DNA of 64,000 nucleotides from positions 264,980 to 328,979 of the forward strand of contig CAWHMI010000004.1 in assembly GCA_963830395.1 (NCBI GenBank). The letters are read 5' to 3'. Position 1 is the first letter of the stretch. The number at the start of each line of letters is the position of its first letter. The DNA is from an uncultured Actinomycetota bacterium (GTDB lineage Bacteria > Actinomycetota > Thermoleophilia > Solirubrobacterales > Solirubrobacteraceae). Positions 38,022-48,361 of the stretch are shown piece by piece. The translations under genes were made by a program, and so were the position numbers. The notes under the pieces are model-generated. The model worked only from the letters and a program-made list of their open reading frames with translations. It ran no database searches and was not told where the DNA came from.

Positions 38022-39065
38022 TTAGTCGCTGTGACCCGGGAGTCGGCCGGGCTCGGGAACCGGGGTGTCCGGCGCGTCGACCGCCGCGGGCTCGGTGGCG
38101 CGGCCGTTGCCCTCCGCCGGCGCCGCGGCGAGCTCGGGGGCGGAGACGGCATCGAGCTGGGCGGCCTCGGGGGCGGAAGCGGCGTCGAGCTGGGCGGCCT
38201 CGGGGGCGGAAGCGGCGTCGAGCTGGGCGGCCTCGGGGGCGGAGACGGCGTCGAGCTGAGCGGCCTCGGGCGCCGCCGCCGGATCAGGCGCGACGGCGGC
38301 CGGCGCGGTTCGATTGCCCAGCGCGTCGAACATCGGCTTCATCAGGTCGACCGGCACCGGGAACACGATCGTCGAGTTGCCACCGATCTCGCGCAGCGTT
38401 TGCAGGTACCGCAGCTGCAGCGTCACCGGGTTGCGGCCGACGACGTCGGCGGCCTCGGCCAGCTTGGCCGACGCCTGGGCCTCGGCCTCGGCGTTGATGA
38501 TCCGCGCCCGGCGCTCGCGCTCGGCCTCGGCCTGGCGCGCGATCGCGTGCTGCATGCGCTCGGGGATCTCCACGTCCTTGATCTCGACGGTGGTCACCTT
38601 GATCCCCCACGGCTCAGTCTGTGCGTCGATGACGTGCTGCAGGGATTCGTTGAGGTGCTCGCGTTCGGACAGCAGCGTGTCGAGATCGACGACCCCGAGC
38701 ACCGAGCGCAGCGACGTCTGCGAGATCTGCAGGGTCGCCGACTGAAAGCTCTCCACCTCGGTGACCGCCTTGCTCGGATCGATCACCCGGTAGTAGGCGA
38801 CAGCGGTCACCCGGGCGGGCACGTTGTCACGGGTGATGATCTCCTGTGGCGGGATCGTCAGCGTCACCGTCCGCAGGCTGATCCGGACCATCCGGTCAAG
38901 CGACGGGATCAGCAGCTGCAGTCCGGGGCCCCGCTGATCCATCAGCCGCCCCAGCCGGAAGACGATGCCGCGCTCGTACTCGCGGAGGACGCGAACCGAG
39001 CTGGCCAGGGCGGTCAGCCCGATCACCAGCAGCACGGCGACGATGACGATGATGACGGTAACCAC
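38022..39065 (-). CDS. SPFH/slipin (stomatin-like) protein
   Basis: [56 protein letters not shown]. Confidence 0.95.
   Translation of the reverse strand: MVTVIIVIVAVLLVIGLTALASSVRVLREYERGIVFRLGRLMDQRGPGLQLLIPSLDRMVRISLRTVTLTIPPQEIITRDNVPARVTAVAYYRVIDPSKAVTEVESFQSATLQISQTSLRSVLGVVDLDTLLSEREHLNESLQHVIDAQTEPWGIKVTTVEIKDVEIPERMQHAIARQAEAERERRARIINAEAEAQASAKLAEAADVVGRNPVTLQLRYLQTLREIGGNSTIVFPVPVDLMKPMFDALGNRTAPAAVAPDPAAAPEAAQLDAVSAPEAAQLDAASAPEAAQLDAASAPEAAQLDAVSAPELAAAPAEGNGRATEPAAVDAPDTPVPEPGRLPGHSD
38133..38274 (-). repeat. 33-bp tandem repeat x4 (AAQLDA[VA]SAPE) in the slipin tail
   Basis: Units at 38133, 38166, 38199 and 38232. Confidence 0.95.
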
Positions 39066-39538
39066 TAGAGCATCTCCCATTCCTCGGCCGGGCGCACCGA
39101 CAGTGTCAGTCCAGTAAGGCGCTCCACGACGACCGGATCGCCCGCGTGCAGCTCCGGCGGCTCGTCCTCGGCGGCGGCCGAGCGGCGCGCCCGCCACACC
39201 GCCCCATCCAGGTCGACGCTGCCCGCCGAATCCGTCCAGGTGCGGACCACGCCGATGTGGCCGACGATTCCCTCAGCGCCGGTGCGCACCCGCTGGTGGT
39301 TCGTCGCCAGCCCGTGCTTGAGCGAGAACCCCAGCGCGCCCGCGCCGGCGCCCGCCAGCGCGACACCGCCGAGCAGTCCGAGCAGGATGCCCGCGCCCAG
39401 TCCGCTGACCGCCAGAACGACGCCCAAGCCCATGACCACGACCCCGATTCCGCCAGCGATTCCATGGCTCGGATAGTGCGCCTCGGCCACCGCCACGAGC
39501 GCTCCCACCACCAGCAGCGTGATACCGAGCGCAGTCAT
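39065..39538 (-). CDS. NfeD-like C-terminal domain membrane protein
   Basis: TM N-terminus; [15 protein letters not shown] and [15 protein letters not shown]; adjacent to the slipin gene. Confidence 0.88.
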   Translation of the reverse strand: MTALGITLLVVGALVAVAEAHYPSHGIAGGIGVVVMGLGVVLAVSGLGAGILLGLLGGVALAGAGAGALGFSLKHGLATNHQRVRTGAEGIVGHIGVVRTWTDSAGSVDLDGAVWRARRSAAAEDEPPELHAGDPVVVERLTGLTLSVRPAEEWEML

Positions 39539-39693
39539 ACGCTAATCGTACGCTCCAGCGGCCACGAGCCGATCACATTCCGGTTGAGCCCGCGCCCGCC
39601 CGAGTGCTATCAACCGAGGAGTGCAGTCGATGTTTGAGGCGGTCGCATCCGCGCAAACGTCCCGTGGAACGGCCCTGATCAGAGGAAGGCCCC

Positions 39694-41574
39694 ATGACCA
39701 ACGAAGAGATCCATCAGCTCGCCCAGCGAATGCGCATCGACTCGATCCGCGCGGCCGCCGCCGCCTCCTCGGGTCATCCGACCTCGTCGATGTCGGCCGC
39801 CGACCTGATGGCGGTGCTGATGGCCCGCCACCTGCGCTACGACTACGACAACCCGGAGAACCCCAACAACGACCACCTGATCTTCTCCAAGGGTCACGCC
39901 TCGCCGCTCGTGTACGCGATGTTCCGCGCCGCTGACGCGATCACCGACGAGGAGCTGCTCACCTTCCGCCAGTTCGGCTCCCGGCTCGAGGGCCACCCGA
40001 CCCCGGTACTGCCGTGGGTCGACGTCGCCACCGGGTCGCTCGGCCAGGGAATGCCGATCGCGGCCGGGATCGCCCTGTGCGCGCGCGAGCTCGATCGGCT
40101 GCCGTATCGCGTATGGACGCTGTGCGGCGACTCGGAGATGGCCGAGGGCTCGATCTGGGAGGCGGTGGAGCACGCCGGCGTCTACGGCCTGGACAACCTG
40201 GTGACGATCGTCGATGTCAACCGTCTCGGTCAGCGCGGGGAGACGATGCACGGCTGGAACCTCGACTCCTACGCCAAGCGGGCGGAGGCCGGCGGCTGGC
40301 ACGCGATCGAGATCGATGGCCACGACATCGCCGCGATCGACCACGCGTTCTCCGAGGCGGCGGCGACGGCCGGTCAGCCGACGATGATCGTGGCGCGGAC
40401 GATCAAGGGCTACGGCGCCACCGAGACCGCCAACGTGGAGGGCAAGCACGGTCAGCCGCTCAAGGATCCCGAGAAGGCGATCCAGGAGCTCGGCGACCTG
40501 CCGCACATCCACGTGGACGTGGCCAAGCCCGAGAGCGCCGGCAGCCCGCATCGCTTCCAGACGGACTCCTCGGTCCCGCTTCCGACCTACGAGATCGACG
40601 GCGACCCGGTGCCGACGCGCAAGGCATTCGGCGAGGGCCTGGCCGCGGTCATGCGCCGGCGCGGCGACGTCGTCGCGCTGGACGGCGAGGTCGGCAACTC
40701 CACGCACACCGAGGAGGTGATCAAGAAGACGCCCGAGCGCTACTTCGAGGCCTACATCGCCGAGCAGATGATGATCGCCACCGCGGTTGGCTTCCAGGTC
40801 CGCGGCTGGACCCCGTTCGCGGCGACGTTCGCCGCCTTCCACTCGCGGGCCTACGACTTCGTCCGCATGGCGGTGATCTCGCAGGCCAAGCTGTGCCTCA
40901 ACGGATCTCACGCCGGCGTGTCGATCGGCGAGGACGGTCCGTCGCAGATGGCGCTGGAGGATCTGGCCGAGTTCCGGGCGCTGGGCGGCTCGGTGGTGCT
41001 GTACCCGTCCGATCCCAACCAGACGGCGAAGCTGGTGGCGGCGATGGCCGATCACGACGGGATCTCCTACCTGCGCTCCACCCGCGCCGGGCTGCCGACG
41101 CTCTACGCTCCCGACCAGGAGTTCAGGATCGGTGGCGCCCAGGTGGTGCGCGAGTCAGATGACGATCAGGTGACCCTGATCGGCGCCGGCGTCACCCTGC
41201 ACGAGGCGATCAAGGCGGCCGACGCGCTCGCGGGCGAGGGCATCAGCGCGCGGGTCATCGACCTGTACTCGGTCAAGCCGGTCGACGCCGAGACGCTGGC
41301 GGCGGCATCCCAGGCCACCGGAGGGCGGCTCGTCGTGGTGGAGGACCACTGGCCGGAAGGCGGCCTGGGCGACGCCGTCCTCAGCGCATTCGCCGACACC
41401 GACGAGCGCCCCCGGGTGGTCAAGCTGGCGGTCTCGCACCTACCGGGCTCCGGCAAGCCGGCCGAGCTGCTCGCCGACAGCGGGATCGACGCCGACGCGA
41501 TCGCCACGGCCGCGCGGCGGTTGGCGGAGCTCGGGCCGCAGATCGGCCGGGCCGCGGCGACGAGCGCCGGATGA
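39694..41574 (+). CDS. tkt: Transketolase
   Basis: SGHPTSSMS, SKGHASP, LEGHP, TGSLGQG, GDSEMAEG, GEDGPSQM, EDHWPEGGLG. Confidence 0.95.
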   Translation: MTNEEIHQLAQRMRIDSIRAAAAASSGHPTSSMSAADLMAVLMARHLRYDYDNPENPNNDHLIFSKGHASPLVYAMFRAADAITDEELLTFRQFGSRLEGHPTPVLPWVDVATGSLGQGMPIAAGIALCARELDRLPYRVWTLCGDSEMAEGSIWEAVEHAGVYGLDNLVTIVDVNRLGQRGETMHGWNLDSYAKRAEAGGWHAIEIDGHDIAAIDHAFSEAAATAGQPTMIVARTIKGYGATETANVEGKHGQPLKDPEKAIQELGDLPHIHVDVAKPESAGSPHRFQTDSSVPLPTYEIDGDPVPTRKAFGEGLAAVMRRRGDVVALDGEVGNSTHTEEVIKKTPERYFEAYIAEQMMIATAVGFQVRGWTPFAATFAAFHSRAYDFVRMAVISQAKLCLNGSHAGVSIGEDGPSQMALEDLAEFRALGGSVVLYPSDPNQTAKLVAAMADHDGISYLRSTRAGLPTLYAPDQEFRIGGAQVVRESDDDQVTLIGAGVTLHEAIKAADALAGEGISARVIDLYSVKPVDAETLAAASQATGGRLVVVEDHWPEGGLGDAVLSAFADTDERPRVVKLAVSHLPGSGKPAELLADSGIDADAIATAARRLAELGPQIGRAAATSAG

Positions 41575-41691
41575 CCGCCGCGCCGGCGGCGCCCACCACC
41601 CAAACAGTGCGCCGCTAGGCGCACCCCCAAATAGACTGCATCGCGCCCAACCCACCGCTGGCCTGCGCTGGCGGTCTACCGGGAGGTCGTG

Positions 41692-42174
41692 ATGTCGGAG
41701 GAGAAGATGACGGCGCTCACCCAGGCGGCGCTGAGCGCGCGCGGGATCGACGACCAGGTCCAGGTGGCCGGTCAGTTCCAACCTCGCGGCCACACCGGCG
41801 GGATGTTCGTCGGGGCGTTCGTCGGCGGTGACGCCGGTGGCGTGCTCGGCGGGGTGGGCGAGGCCGTCGGGAGCGTGGCCGGATCGGCGGCGGGAAGGCG
41901 CGCGGCCGCCAGGGCGACGGGGCTTCCGGCGAAGATGCTGGTCGCGGTGTCCGACAGCGCGGTCTACGGGTTTGCCGCCGCCACCCGTCACAGCGAGCCC
42001 ACCCAGCTCACGTTCCAGGTCGCGCGCGCGAGCATCACGGTGAAGGTTCATCAGCGGTTCAACGTGCGGGTGCTGGAGCTGATCGATGACGCCAGCGGGT
42101 CGCGCATCGAGCTGGAGGGCAACCGGCTGCCGGTGACCCATTCCAAGGATGTGATCGCCGCGCTCGGCGGCTGA
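41692..42174 (+). CDS. Hypothetical protein with a glycine-zipper-like segment
   Basis: RBS ggagg; ORF with GGDAGGVLGGVGEAVG segment. Confidence 0.65.
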   Translation: MSEEKMTALTQAALSARGIDDQVQVAGQFQPRGHTGGMFVGAFVGGDAGGVLGGVGEAVGSVAGSAAGRRAAARATGLPAKMLVAVSDSAVYGFAAATRHSEPTQLTFQVARASITVKVHQRFNVRVLELIDDASGSRIELEGNRLPVTHSKDVIAALGG

Positions 42175-42258
42175 TCTTCGCCGTTTGGGGTCGCCAGGGA
42201 AGGCGACCCCGTCTCGCCGGCCGGCCGGCACGGACGACCATTAGCCTCCGCCACGCCC

Positions 42259-43629
42259 GTGGAGATCCACCTGAACCTGGACCGAACCGCGCCGTTGCGC
42301 GCCCAGCTGGAGCGCGAGCTGCGCCAGGCGATTCGCGCCGGCCGGCTGCGCGCGGGCCTTCGGCTGCCGTCGAGCCGGGAGCTCGCGCAAGAGCTCCAGG
42401 TCTCTCGCGGCGTCGTCGTGGAGGCGTACTCGCAGCTGATCGCCGAGGGTTACCTGGTGGCGCGTCCCGGTGACGCGACCCGCGTGGTTGACGGCTTGGC
42501 GCAGCCGATACCGGCGCAGCGCGAGCCGCCGGCGCCGGTCGATCGGGTTCGCTATGACCTGCGCAGCGGCATCCCGGACCTGTCCTTCTTCCCCCGGCAC
42601 GATTGGCAGTCGGCCACCGCCGCGGCGCTCCGCGAGCTGCCGGATGCCGCGCTCGGCTACGGATCGCGTCGCGGACACCGCCGCCTGCGGATCGCGCTCA
42701 GCGATTACCTGGGCCGGGTGCGCGCTGTGGTGGCGGATCCCGACCGGATGATCATCACCTCGGGCGCCACCGGCGGAATGGCAATCCTCTGGCACACCCT
42801 GCGCGCCCGCGGCGCCACTCGCGTCGCGGTGGAGGATCCGGCGTGGTCGGCGATCCCGCAAACGATCGAGCAGGCGGGGCTGGAGGTGGTCGCAGTCGCC
42901 GTAGACGGACACGGCCTGGTGGTGGAAACGCTGGAGCACACCGAGGTGGACGCGGTCGTGCTGGCCCCGGCGCACCAATATCCGACGGGGTGCGTGCTTG
43001 CCCCCGCGCGCCGCGCGCGGCTGATCGAGTGGGCCCGGCGCTGCGGGACGCTGATCGTCGAGGACGATTACGACGCCGAGTACCGCTTCGACCGCGAACC
43101 GATCGCCTCTTTGCAGGGCTTGGCGCCCGATTGCGTGGCCTATCTCGGCACTGCCAGCAAGACCCTGGCCCCCGGCCTGCGCCTCGCCTGGTTGCTGGTA
43201 CCCGAGCACCTCGTGGCCGACACGACGGCGCAACACGGCGTCACCCGCGCGATGCCCGGCGTGCTCCACCAGGCCGCCTACGCCACGATGCTGGCGCGCG
43301 GCGACATCGACCGTCACCTGCGCCGCACCCGCCGGCGCTACCCCGAGCGCCGCAACGCTCTCGTCGCCGCGGTGGTCGCCGGGCTCTCCGGGGCACGGAT
43401 CGGGGGCGCGTCGGCGGGGCTGCACCTGATCGTGTGGCTCCCGGCCGGCTCCGACGAGGCGGCGATCGCTGATCGGGCGGCCAGCCGCGGGGTGGCGATC
43501 CACACTCTGCACCGCGATTGCTCGGTGGTCGGTCCCGCCGGGCCGGCGTTGCTGCTGGGCTACGGCCTGATCACCGAGGCGGCGATCCCGCGCGCGGTGC
43601 GGGAGCTTGTCCTGGCCGCCGGGGCTTGA
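42259..43629 (+). CDS. GntR/MocR-family PLP-dependent regulator
   Basis: RLPSSRELAQELQVSRGVVVEAYSQL HTH; PAHQYPTG, EDDYDAEYR, GTASKTLAPGLR. Confidence 0.95.
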   Translation: MEIHLNLDRTAPLRAQLERELRQAIRAGRLRAGLRLPSSRELAQELQVSRGVVVEAYSQLIAEGYLVARPGDATRVVDGLAQPIPAQREPPAPVDRVRYDLRSGIPDLSFFPRHDWQSATAAALRELPDAALGYGSRRGHRRLRIALSDYLGRVRAVVADPDRMIITSGATGGMAILWHTLRARGATRVAVEDPAWSAIPQTIEQAGLEVVAVAVDGHGLVVETLEHTEVDAVVLAPAHQYPTGCVLAPARRARLIEWARRCGTLIVEDDYDAEYRFDREPIASLQGLAPDCVAYLGTASKTLAPGLRLAWLLVPEHLVADTTAQHGVTRAMPGVLHQAAYATMLARGDIDRHLRRTRRRYPERRNALVAAVVAGLSGARIGGASAGLHLIVWLPAGSDEAAIADRAASRGVAIHTLHRDCSVVGPAGPALLLGYGLITEAAIPRAVRELVLAAGA

Positions 43630-43661
43630 CCTCGGGCGCGCTGGCGGCCCGGCCGGTGCGG

Positions 43662-44375
43662 TCAGCCGGACCGAACCGGCTCGGGCTCGATCACGTCGTC
43701 CGCCACGCGGTCGTCGGGGTCGATCGGGATGCGTGCCTGCGAACCCTCGATGTTGATGCGGGGGAGGTGGGCGTTCAGCCAGTGCGGGAGGCGCCAGGTC
43801 GTGGGCCCGAGGATCTCGAGGGCCGCGGGCAGCATGACGCAGCGGATGATGAGCGCGTCGAGGAACACGGCGGCGGCGAGGCCGAAGCCGAACTCCTTGA
43901 TCGAGCGTTCGTCGCCGAGCATGAACGAGAGGAACACGCAGATCATGATCGCGGCGGCGGCGCTGATCACCTTGCCGGTGAACGCGATCCCGTCGGCGAC
44001 GGCGGCGGTGGCGTCCCGGTGCTTGATCCATTCCTCGCGGATGCGCGAGATGAGGAACACCTCGTAGTCCATCGACAGGCCGAACACGACCGCGAACATG
44101 AGCACGGGGATCCAGGGTTCGATGGGGCCCTTGGTGACCCCGAGGGCGCCGGCGAACACGCCGTCCTGAAAGACGAGCACGGTGGCGCCGAGCGCGCCGC
44201 CAATGCTCAGCAGGTTCATGAGCGCGGCCTGAACCGGGATCACCAGCGATCGGAAGATGACCAGCAGCAGCAGCGCCGACAGGACAACGACGATCCCGAT
44301 GAACAGCGGCAGCTTGCCCGCCAGGACGCTCGAGAAGTCGATCGACCCGGCGGTGAACCCGCCGACCAGGGACCG
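43662..44375 (-). pseudogene. C-terminal fragment of an MMPL-family transporter
   Basis: FRSLVIPV, FGLSMDYEVFLISRIRE and GLAAAVFLDA motifs; no N-terminal half upstream. Confidence 0.85.
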
Positions 44376-44449
44376 CGCCTCGAACCTCGGGCCGGATCGT
44401 TAGGGGGGCGGGTTGTTCGAGGCCGCCAACAAGGTGAGCCAGCAGGCTC

Positions 44450-45698
44450 CGCGACCGGCTCGACCGACGCGCTGGCGCTGATCTCCGACCCGGACCAGCG
44501 GGCGAAGGCAAGCCATGCCCTGTGCCGGCTGCTGTCCGCCCAGGGCCGGTTCGGTCGCGCCGCCGACGTAGCGCGGCGGGGGATGGCCGAGCTCGATCCC
44601 GAGCATCCGCTGTGGGGGATGCTCGAGGCAGGCTACTTCGCCGCCGCTCTGTTCGATCCGGTCGCGCGCCCGGGCGCGATCGCCGAGATCGAGCCGCTGC
44701 GCCAGCGGGCCCGGCACGGCCGACCTCCTGAGAACCCGGCGTTGTGCGCCCAGCTGGCGTTGCGTGAGGCAAACGACGGCGCGCCACCCGAGTTGGTGCG
44801 GAAGTTGGTGCAAGCGGCGCTGGCCGGCGATCCGCTGGTCGAGCCGGTCACCCAGGGGCGACCGCTCGGGTTCGCGGTGGCGGCTCTGGTTCAGGTCGAT
44901 GAGCTGGAGCTGGCCGAGGCGGCGCTGGCGGCGGCGCTCGAAGCCGCCCGGGCTCAGGGTCTGCTGGTGGCGGCGGGCGCGGCGCGCCACTGGCGGGCGC
45001 TCGTGCACTACCGCCGGGGCCGCCTGCACGAGGCGATCGTCGATGCCGAGGTCGCGCTTCGGATCGCCCGGTCGGGCTGGGCCACCATGGAAGGCTGGAG
45101 CGCCGCGATCCTGGCGCACGCCCGAATCGAGACCGGAGAGATCGACGGAGCTCGCGAGGCTGTCGCCCTCGGTGAGGCGGCTCCCGCCGGGATCGACCGC
45201 GCGCTGGTGCTCGAGGCGCGCGGCCGGCTCGCCCTGATCGACGGAGAGCCCGCGGCGGCGCTGACCAGCTTCGAGGCGGCCGGTCGCCACCTCGCCGACC
45301 ACTACCGGCTCTGGCACCCTGGCATGTTCGCCTGGCGCCGGGCCGCGGCGCTCCCGCCATTGCGCCGCGGCCTCGAGCTCGCCGACCGGTTCGCCGCCCG
45401 GCCGCTGGCCGAGACAGCGCTGGCCGAGCTGCGCGCCAGCGGCGCCCGGCCGCGCCGTGTCGCGCTCAGCGGCGCCGACGCATTGACCCCGACCGAGCGG
45501 CGGATCGCCGAGTTGGCCGCGGCGGGCCGCGCCAACCCCCAGATCGCCAATGCGCTGTACGTGACCACCAAGACCGTGGAGTGGCATCTCAGCCACGTCT
45601 ACAGCAAGCTCACGCGCGCGGCGAGCGCCCTGCGGCGGGCGCTCGCCGCGCCCCAGCTTCGTCCGGCAACCCGGGGCTTCCGAGCGCCACTGCGGTGA
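44450..45698 (+). pseudogene. C-terminal fragment of a large AAA/LuxR (LAL-type) regulator with internal deletions
   Basis: LTPTERRIAELAAAGRANPQIANALYVTTKTVEWHLSHVYSKL HTH; ATPase N-terminus absent. Confidence 0.8.
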
Positions 45699-46152
45699 GA
45701 GGTCACCTCGGGGCGCGCCTGGACCTGCGTGCTCACGCCACCGCCGCCTACCTTGATCTGGTCCACCTCGGCCGCACGGTCTCGGCGCAGCTCGACCCAC
45801 GCCTGCACGAGCTGGTCAAGGTCCGCGCCTCACAGCTCAACGGATGCGCCTTCTGCATCGACATGCACGCCCGCGACGCCCGCGCCGCCGGGAGAGCGAG
45901 CAGCGGCTGTACCTCCTCAGCGCGTGGCGGGAGGCGCCGTTCTTCAGCGCGGCGGAGCGCGCCGCGCTCGCACTGACCGAGGCGGTCACCCGCGTCGGCG
46001 AGGCGCCCCTGCCCGACGAGGTCTACGAGGAGGCGGCCGCCACCTTCGACGCCGACACGCTGGCGGCCCTGTTGTTCGCGATCGCGGCGATCAACGCCTG
46101 GAACCGGCTCAGCGTGGCGGCGCGGCTGCCGCCTGGTGCCCATCGTCCGTAG
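45695..46152 (+). pseudogene. Carboxymuconolactone decarboxylase/AhpD-family gene, frameshifted near 45895
   Basis: ELVKVRASQLNGCAFCIDMH, then ESEQRLYLLSAWREAPFF...INAWNRL in another frame. Confidence 0.85.
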
Positions 46153-46333
46153 TGGGATCCCACCAGCCAGCCACCGCGCGTCGGTCCGCTCAGGCGTCGG
46201 CGGGCAATCCCGGCCTGGCCGTTTGAGGCGATCTGGGATGATTACGCGTCTTGGACCCAGTCCCGCTTTCATGGAGTTCGACGACAATGGCTACGAGGTT
46301 TGAGAGATCGCCAGGCCGTGGGGTCTCGCCTTG

Positions 46334-46726
46334 ATGCGCGCGGCCTCGGCGGTGGCCGCGGCCGTCGCGCTGATCGCGCTTGCCGGTTGCGGGAGCAGCA
46401 AGCCGGCCTACTGCTCTGATCGGACCAAGCTTCAGAACTCGGTCAAGGGACTGACCAACTTGCGTCCCAGCAGCGGGATCAGTGGCGTGAAATCCGCGCT
46501 GACCAACGTTCAGAGTGAAGCCAACACCCTGATCAGCTCGGCCAAGAGCGATTTCGCGAGCGAGACGAGCGCCATCGAGTCGTCAGTCAAGAGCCTGGAG
46601 AGCGCGGTCAAGGCGCTGCCGTCCAGCCCCTCGGCAGGGCAGATCGCCACGATTGCCAGCGATGCCTCCAGCGTGGCGAGCTCGGTCAAGAGCTTCTCGG
46701 ACGCCAGCAATTCGAAGTGCAGCTAA
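46334..46726 (+). CDS. Small Ser-rich helical lipoprotein
   Basis: Lipobox LAGC; two further Cys residues. Confidence 0.8.
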   Translation: MRAASAVAAAVALIALAGCGSSKPAYCSDRTKLQNSVKGLTNLRPSSGISGVKSALTNVQSEANTLISSAKSDFASETSAIESSVKSLESAVKALPSSPSAGQIATIASDASSVASSVKSFSDASNSKCS

Positions 46727-46769
46727 CGCTAACAGCGCCGGCGGCCGCCGCCGGCCGTCGGCGCGAACG

Positions 46770-47432
46770 CTAGGTCCCGCCTCCGACGCGACGGGCGCGG
46801 ACCAGGTGGCCGCTGCTCCGGGTCGTGATCTCCAGCGGCGCGAAGCCTGAGGCGCCCAGCAGGAGCTCGAGCTCCCGCCGCGTGTAGTTGAAGATCGGGC
46901 AGTCGTTGATCCGTTCGTAGCGGAACTTGCGGATCGGCCCCTTCACCAGCGACCAGCGCGGGAACGACGCCACCAGGCACCCATTGTCAGCACACAGGTC
47001 GAACATCCTCCTGGTGAACACGTGGGGTTCCGGCAGGTAGTCGAAGAGCCCGAGGCCGAGGATGACGTCATACGAGCCCGGAATCTCGGAGGTGAGGAAG
47101 TCCGCGGCCAGCAGCGAGACGCGGCCGTCGAAGCGGGCAAGCCGCTCGCGCGCCAGATCGATCATCGGCTCCGAGAAGTCGATCCCGAGGTACTCCCCGG
47201 CGCGGGCCGCGAGCACGTGTTCGCCGATTCGCCCGGAGCCACAGCCGACGTCGAGGACCCGCGGAGAGTGGCGCTCGGCGACGGTTTGGACGGCGAGCGC
47301 GCGCCGGCGGAACAAGCCCGAGCGTAGGAGCCGCGTCAGCGGCCTCTGGTCCTCGTAGAGGTCGTCGAACGAGCTGGCGTTAGCCTGAAAGTGACGGCGT
47401 ACCCGCGCGGGAGCGTTGGCTGAGGAGGGCAT
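46770..47432 (-). CDS. Class I SAM methyltransferase
   Basis: VLDVGCGSGRI, GIDFSEPM, YDVILGLGLFDY. Confidence 0.88.
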   Translation of the reverse strand: MPSSANAPARVRRHFQANASSFDDLYEDQRPLTRLLRSGLFRRRALAVQTVAERHSPRVLDVGCGSGRIGEHVLAARAGEYLGIDFSEPMIDLARERLARFDGRVSLLAADFLTSEIPGSYDVILGLGLFDYLPEPHVFTRRMFDLCADNGCLVASFPRWSLVKGPIRKFRYERINDCPIFNYTRRELELLLGASGFAPLEITTRSSGHLVRARRVGGGT

Positions 47433-48282
47433 AGAGCTCCCCATAGGGAATCAGGTCGAAGTGATCGGCGATCGCTCGCAGCGTCGCGGGCGTCTGCCGT
47501 CGGGCAAGCTCGCGCCGCGCGATGCGCACCGCCGCCTGCGCCCGCTGGCGCGGTCCGACGCCGGGCGGCAGGTCAAGACGGAGCCGGTCGGGGCCGAGCT
47601 CATGCGGATGAAGGTAGAGCCCCGCGTAGTCAGGAGCCTTGCCCAGGCCCCACAGCGTCAGCGACTTCGGCATCAGGGACCAGTAGGAGGCGCCGCCGAC
47701 CGGCAGCGCCAGGTTGTGCAGTTCGCACGCGGCTACCGGAAGCTCCCATAGCCGCTCACCCGCCGACAGCGCCACCAGGTGGGGACCGAGCGGCTCCCGC
47801 GCAGCCCGCGGGCGGAGACTCCGCGGCACGCACTGGCTCGAGTCATAGGCAAAGCCTTCGTTGGCCAGCACCTCGAACGCCCACGCCCTGGCCGGCCCGG
47901 TGATCGAGAATGCCGGCGCTCGATAGCCCTGGGGCAGCGCGCCCGTGCACTCGCTGATGGCGTGACGCGCCGCCCGCAGATCATCGGTGAACTCGGTGGG
48001 CGATTGCTGGTAGACGAGCTCGTGAGCATCGCCGTGACAGGCAATCTCATGTCCCCGGGCAGCGATCTCGGCCACCAACTCAGGCCGGGTCCGGGCGACG
48101 AGGCCCAGCACGAAGAACGTGGCGCGGGCGCCCAGGGTGTCGAACAGCTCAAGGAGCGCGTCGGTCTGCCGCTGAAGCTCGGGGCCGACACGCTCCCAGT
48201 CGGCCAGCCCCAGCCGACGGCGGACGAGCTGGTGCCAGTCCTCGAGGTCAACGCTCAAAAGCAAGGTCCTGGAACCGATCAA
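47380..48282 (-). CDS. Polysaccharide deacetylase (DUF3473/XrtA-system type)
   Basis: LSVDLEDW, ATFFVLG, HEIACHG, GYRAPAFSI, YDSS, GGASYW, YLHPHE. Confidence 0.88.
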   Translation of the reverse strand: MIGSRTLLLSVDLEDWHQLVRRRLGLADWERVGPELQRQTDALLELFDTLGARATFFVLGLVARTRPELVAEIAARGHEIACHGDAHELVYQQSPTEFTDDLRAARHAISECTGALPQGYRAPAFSITGPARAWAFEVLANEGFAYDSSQCVPRSLRPRAAREPLGPHLVALSAGERLWELPVAACELHNLALPVGGASYWSLMPKSLTLWGLGKAPDYAGLYLHPHELGPDRLRLDLPPGVGPRQRAQAAVRIARRELARRQTPATLRAIADHFDLIPYGELYALLSQRSRAGTPSLSG

Positions 48283-48361
48283 GCATTGTTGCTCGTCGCG
48301 CCCCCGAAGCCAAGTTGGGCTCTGATCGCCCCCCGACGGGCCCGTGCGGACTGGGGCGCGA

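Noticed and set aside
42241-45698. ORFs 42241..44787 (-) and 43518..45698 (+) as intact genes
   Set aside because: They are read-throughs across unrelated fragments; only the MMPL and LuxR portions have protein-like content.
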